Of a DNA stretch of 42,560 bases, positions 38,320-42,560 are shown piece after piece. Below the pieces are notes generated by a model. It made no database searches. It was not told the DNA's origin and was given only the letters and a program-made list of their open reading frames with translations. Every line of letters begins with the position of its first letter. Position 1 is the stretch's first letter. A program made the position numbers and the translations under genes. The DNA is from an uncultured archaeon (GTDB lineage: Archaea > Asgardarchaeota > Thorarchaeia > Thorarchaeales > Thorarchaeaceae): contig CAZSWP010000030.1 in the NCBI GenBank assembly GCA_964610875.1, positions 1 through 42,560 on the forward strand, given 5' to 3'.

Positions 38320-38964
38320 CTACCTATATTTTCGTAGAATCTTGATGACTTCGGAATCGGGCACATCATACCAACTATCGTAAGCGTTCGCGACCGCAAA
38401 TACCCAACCCGTTTCAACTCTTGGACATATGAAAGCATCAACTTCTTTCTTTACTAGATTTGCCGCATGTTCAGATGCAGTAGGTGTTGCTATAATCACT
38501 CTATTTGGAGAGAGAGATTTCACTAATTCAATTGCTGCCAACATGGTATAACCACTGGCCATCCCATCATCCACTAGAATGACATCTTTTTCAGAAAGGT
38601 ATACATCTCTTACTAGGTTATGATATGCTTCTTTTCGTGCCTCAATCTGTGTCATTGTTAGTTCGATAACCTTTTCAATTTGCTCTTGATTCATTCCAAT
38701 TGAGGTTACTAATCTTTGATTGAGTAATAGAGATCCAAAAGAAGTCAATGCACCAAATCCAGCCTCGGGATTGTCAGGAATCTGAAGTTTTCTCACAATA
38801 ATAATGTCAAACTCTGCATTTAATGCATTAGCAATTTCCGAACCTACTGGAATACCACCATTAGGTATTGCCAGCACAACAGGTCGTTGTCCGAAATTCA
38901 TACTTTCCAATTCTTGAGCAAGGATTTGTCCTGCGTGAGTTCGTGTCTTATAACTCATTACCAA
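38320..38964 (-). CDS. phosphoribosyltransferase-family protein
   Basis: AIPNGGIPVG, VRKL..P.NPE..FGA, VILVDDGMASGYT. Confidence 0.9.
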   Translation of the reverse strand: MVMSYKTRTHAGQILAQELESMNFGQRPVVLAIPNGGIPVGSEIANALNAEFDIIIVRKLQIPDNPEAGFGALTSFGSLLLNQRLVTSIGMNQEQIEKVIELTMTQIEARKEAYHNLVRDVYLSEKDVILVDDGMASGYTMLAAIELVKSLSPNRVIIATPTASEHAANLVKKEVDAFICPRVETGWVFAVANAYDSWYDVPDSEVIKILRKYR

Positions 38965-39019
38965 GGTGTTTCACTCTGTCATAACTGCAACAAAATAATA
39001 CTAAGATGTAATCGAGTAT

Positions 39020-39049
39020 AAAAATTGGTTTGAGGCCAAATTGGCCTCA
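39020..39049 (-). terminator. inverted repeat after dodecin gene
   Basis: tgaggccaa-a-ttggcctca (39031-39049) with A-tract on the left (U-tract on minus). Confidence 0.55.
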
Positions 39050-39059
39050 TTTACTGGGA

Positions 39060-39266
39060 CTACTCCCTTTCGTAACCAAAGGCTACTTTTACTACTGCTC
39101 TATAGATGCTTATCTTTCCGTCTTTGACCTTGGCATTCATGGAAATTACATCAAGACCATGAATGTTTCGAAGCGACTCAGAAGCTATTCTCAGTGCATT
39201 TTCAATTGCATCGTCAAAGCTCTTCTCTGATTCGCCAACTAGTTCTATTACTTTTGCCACTTTCAT
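39060..39266 (-). CDS. dodecin family protein
   Basis: KVIELVGES..SFDDAI..A...AS.SLRNI...GKI..YR..VKVAF; start refined to ATG 39266. Confidence 0.92.
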   Translation of the reverse strand: MKVAKVIELVGESEKSFDDAIENALRIASESLRNIHGLDVISMNAKVKDGKISIYRAVVKVAFGYERE

Positions 39267-39428
39267 GTAGGTACGTCCTTTCAAATAACTATATTGAAGC
39301 AGATTTTTATACATTGTGATAACATAGGTATAATTTGACATAGAATACGAAAAATGTCAATATCTAGTATCTTGATAAGGGATAGAGAATCAGGATACTA
39401 TGCTGTATCTTCCATTTGGTGATGACGA

Positions 39429-40898
39429 TTGGTGTCGGATGAAGTCTTGGTTCTGGGTTCAACAGGATACGTTGGTTCTAGACTGGTGAAGAAACTCAAA
39501 GACTCCGGATATAGAATTCATGCCGCATTCAGGAATGAAAGCAAGCTCAAAAGATGTTCCTGGTATGGTGATTCGGCAATAACACCAGTCAAAACAGATG
39601 TCTTAGATATTCAATCCTTGAGAAAAACAGCTGAAGGTGTTAGTGCTGTATTCTATCTTGTTCATTCTATAGGAAAAGGTGGAAAGTTTGCGGAGATCGA
39701 TCGTCAAGCTGCTGAGAACATGAAGATTGTTGCAGAAGAGAAAGGTGTTGAACAAATAATATACCTTGGAGGGCTTGGTGGTACCAAAGAGGGGGAAGAA
39801 CTAAGCAAACATCTCAAATCAAGAATAGAAGTTGGTGAGATTCTAGGGTCAGGTTCAGTTCCAGCAACAGTTCTTCGAGCTGCTATGGTCATTGGAGCAG
39901 GGTCCGCATCCTTTGAGATAATGCGATATCTTGTGGAACGTCTTCCTGTGATGACCACACCACGCTGGGTCAGAACAAAGACTCAACCGATTGCAATCAG
40001 TAATGTTCTCAATTATCTTGTTGGGTGTATTGAAAATGATGAAGCAAAGAACAAGACATTCGATATAGGTGGACCCGATATTCTGAGATATGTTGACCTT
40101 ATGCGCTTGTATTCCAGACTCGCTAAACTACCGCGCAGACTGATAATTCCAATCCCCATCCTATCACCAAAGCTGAGTTCTTACTGGTTAGACCTTGTCA
40201 CTCCAATTCCTTCAATATTGACACGCCCTCTTGTTGATGGATTGAAGAGCGAAACAATCTGTGAAAATAATGATATCATTGACATAGTTCCCCAGGAGTT
40301 GTTGTCTGCAAAAGAGGGAATCAAACGAGCCATCAGTGAGATCGACTTCATTCTCAGCAGAAATCATCCTAAGGAACAACCAGAACAATTCATTCCGGAA
40401 TGGACACAACCCAATGACTCATATTGGGCAGGTGGACCGAAGTATATCGACCAAAGGAGTATACTAGTTGAGAGAAAACGAGAAGATGTGTGGAAACCAG
40501 TTGCAGATATAGGAGGCCCAACGGGATGGTATTATGCAGACTGGCTCTGGCAATTAAGGGGGTATGTTGACGAGATACTAGGTGGAGCCGGGATGCGTCG
40601 AGGAAGGGAAGACTGCTCTTGTGTGATGGAAGGTCATTACATTGATTGTTGGAGAGTATTGAATGTCATTCCGGAGCGATATCTGAAGATGCGTGCAGAG
40701 ATGTGGCTACCAGGAAGGTCAATAATAGAATTTGGACTCACTCAGATGGATTCAAATCAGACAAAACTATCACAGAGAATCTCCTATTATCCAAGTGGTC
40801 TACTTGGTTTGGCATATTGGGAAGCATTCTATCCAATTCATCTGCAGGTATGGCAACGGATGATCGAACGAATTGCTAGTATCAGCAGTACAGGTTAA
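39429..40898 (+). CDS. atypical SDR NAD(P)-binding oxidoreductase with DUF2867 (YbjT-like)
   Basis: GSTGYVG, YLVHS, GSASFE..RYL.ERLP, GG..GWYY...LW..RG..D. Confidence 0.9.
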   Translation: MVSDEVLVLGSTGYVGSRLVKKLKDSGYRIHAAFRNESKLKRCSWYGDSAITPVKTDVLDIQSLRKTAEGVSAVFYLVHSIGKGGKFAEIDRQAAENMKIVAEEKGVEQIIYLGGLGGTKEGEELSKHLKSRIEVGEILGSGSVPATVLRAAMVIGAGSASFEIMRYLVERLPVMTTPRWVRTKTQPIAISNVLNYLVGCIENDEAKNKTFDIGGPDILRYVDLMRLYSRLAKLPRRLIIPIPILSPKLSSYWLDLVTPIPSILTRPLVDGLKSETICENNDIIDIVPQELLSAKEGIKRAISEIDFILSRNHPKEQPEQFIPEWTQPNDSYWAGGPKYIDQRSILVERKREDVWKPVADIGGPTGWYYADWLWQLRGYVDEILGGAGMRRGREDCSCVMEGHYIDCWRVLNVIPERYLKMRAEMWLPGRSIIEFGLTQMDSNQTKLSQRISYYPSGLLGLAYWEAFYPIHLQVWQRMIERIASISSTG

Positions 40899-40964
40899 CC
40901 AATTTTAATTTGCATGATTCAAACTAAATTCATTCTTGACTTCAGTCAGCATTGGAGTTCTTTT

Positions 40965-41483
40965 TCAGGACGAATCACTTGAACGCCATCGTCGATAGTC
41001 TTCACACGGAGCATCTCTGGTGCATCCGTAATATCGATATTCAGGACATTCGATACATGGAGAAACTTCAAAGCATTGACTCACTTTAGACCTGCTTGTT
41101 GGACGAAGAAGAAGTGGGAATTCTTCAAGATGCAGAGTCTGTTCTAGACTCACGATGATGTTTGCCTTTGCACCATCTTTTGACATCCAATTCTTCAGAT
41201 CAGCAAGCTCGACTTCAATTCCAAGATCACTGAACAGTTTTGCTAACTCAATCCAGAAAGCATCAGGTAATGGATTAAGATTCAGAGCTTTTCGTAATGC
41301 TCCTTCAGCTCCCCGAAGATTATTCATTTTGCGCAGGTGCTGACCTAATAAAAACCAACTATTAGCATCTTTTGGAAATGCTCTAACTCTAGTCTTTAAA
41401 TCACGAGTCTTGGCGGTATCATTAGATGAAGCTTTTACGGCATCATCTGCAATTGTCTCTAGTATCTCTCTTTCATCGAGCAT
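40965..41483 (-). CDS. TPR-containing protein with C-terminal Cys cluster
   Basis: WFLLG...AEGALRKAL.LNP TPR; C-x5-C-x2-C-x7-C-x5-C; GGAGG SD before ATG 41483. Confidence 0.75.
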   Translation of the reverse strand: MLDEREILETIADDAVKASSNDTAKTRDLKTRVRAFPKDANSWFLLGQHLRKMNNLRGAEGALRKALNLNPLPDAFWIELAKLFSDLGIEVELADLKNWMSKDGAKANIIVSLEQTLHLEEFPLLLRPTSRSKVSQCFEVSPCIECPEYRYYGCTRDAPCEDYRRWRSSDSS

Positions 41484-41719
41484 TAGGTGTCCTCCCGGCG
41501 GACGATTTAGCTCATGCCTCCGAAGCAACCACAACGAAAGCAGGATGATTATCTCGATCATGTTCAGTAATATAGCCTTCGCCACCTCTCGAAATTTTGC
41601 TAGATATTTCTAAATATCGTAATAATAAGGCGCGTTTCGAATTTTTGCACATCAACTTGTCCGAAGTCACATACCAATATATTGAATAGGAGGGAAAATA
41701 GTAACTATGGTTAATTGAG

Positions 41720-42093
41720 ATGGTCATGCCGCATTTTGGACTTATTGAACCTGGTCTATCAGAAGAGAACGAAGCTCTGATGCATTTGCTACATTCTATG
41801 ATGCTTTTATTACGGCATTGCAAATGATTGCAATACAAGAAAATCAAGTAGTCGTCAATAATTCTGATGATAAGATATTTCAGCTTCTAAAAGAATTAGG
41901 TAAAATTCCACCTGAATTCACCATAGCAGATTTTGAGAGAATGAAATCACTTCTTGATCTTGCATTCGAAAAGAAGTTGACTGAAGAAGACATCGATTCC
42001 ATGATCCGCAAGTTCGAATTGGTGATGCATTCATTTAGAATACTCCCAATTGAAAAAGGAGAGTTGCCCGAGGAACAGGCAGTCACACTGTAG
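41720..42093 (+). pseudogene. frameshifted or internally deleted hypothetical gene
   Basis: MVMPHFGLIEPGLSEENEALM in one frame continues at about 41780 in another frame as DAFATFYDAFITALQMIA...ELPEEQAVTL. Confidence 0.55.
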
Positions 42094-42103
42094 TCAGAGC
42101 ATT

Positions 42104-42560
42104 CTATTCGAGTGCGAAGTTTAGGAACCCTGCAAATCGTTCCAGATAATCACCTGGGACAATGATGTGGTGATTTGCCAGTGATTCGTATAGAAAGTAT
42201 CTCACACTACCATCGAATTTGACACGTATTTGTGTTCTGCATCCAGATTCAGATTTGATGTTTTCGATGACTCTTCCACGACCGACCCAAAATTCAGCCA
42301 AATCCTCACCACCCACCTTTATGATTGTGACATCTATTGCTGGAAAGCTTCCTCTCACACCGAGGCTGAGTCCTGTTTCAAAATGCGTGGTGAATTCATA
42401 CTCCTCTGTTATAGAGAGTGGGATTGTACAATGGGCAAAAACTACTGTGTCGTTGTCTTCATTCACATCAGTCACATTTGCCATGAATCCAGGACGACCT
42501 GTTAGATACTTAACGAGCATCAAGGTGAAAGCAGCAGGAACATCACCTTCGCATCCTGCA
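42104..42560 (-). CDS. L-fucose/L-arabinose isomerase-family protein, C-terminal part (5'-truncated)
   Basis: Frame open to window end: AGCEGDVPAAFTLML..., FAHCTIP, THFETG, CRTQ, NHH. Confidence 0.88.
   Translation of the reverse strand, partial: AGCEGDVPAAFTLMLVKYLTGRPGFMANVTDVNEDNDTVVFAHCTIPLSITEEYEFTTHFETGLSLGVRGSFPAIDVTIIKVGGEDLAEFWVGRGRVIENIKSESGCRTQIRVKFDGSVRYFLYESLANHHIIVPGDYLERFAGFLNFALE

Noticed and set aside
547-42505. Numerous short antisense/overlapping ORFs in the track (e.g. 1112-1546, 6066-6614, 9120-9707)
   Set aside because: Shadow frames of well-supported genes with no motifs of their own.

Overview
Gene-dense archaeal chromosomal window. GAGGTGA-type Shine-Dalgarno sites, an archaeal RecJ/Cdc45-type DHH protein and the overall gene repertoire suggest an Asgard (Thorarchaeia-like) genome, but this is inference. 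It contains transporters (DASS/SLC13, MFS, APC), a HerA/DUF87-like ATPase, nucleotide salvage and house-cleaning enzymes (PRTases, MTAP, NUDIX, MazG-like, HAD, a divergent PRPP synthetase-like protein), TPR proteins, a PRMT-like methyltransferase, a membrane-anchored PLD, a ferredoxin and a dodecin. There is a uvrB-uvrA-uvrA-uvrC cluster with two full-length, translationally coupled uvrA paralogues. A variable patch at about 35.5-38.2 kb holds secreted/membrane genes and a pseudogene, and a second likely pseudogene lies near 41.7 kb. The most unusual structure is at 16.7-18.0 kb: two unannotated, paralogous 31-aa Trp/acidic micro-proteins flank a strongly basic Cas2/ChrB-N-like protein, and one of them shares the pentapeptide FEKIW with it. 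No rRNA, tRNA, CRISPR array or transposase was recognised.
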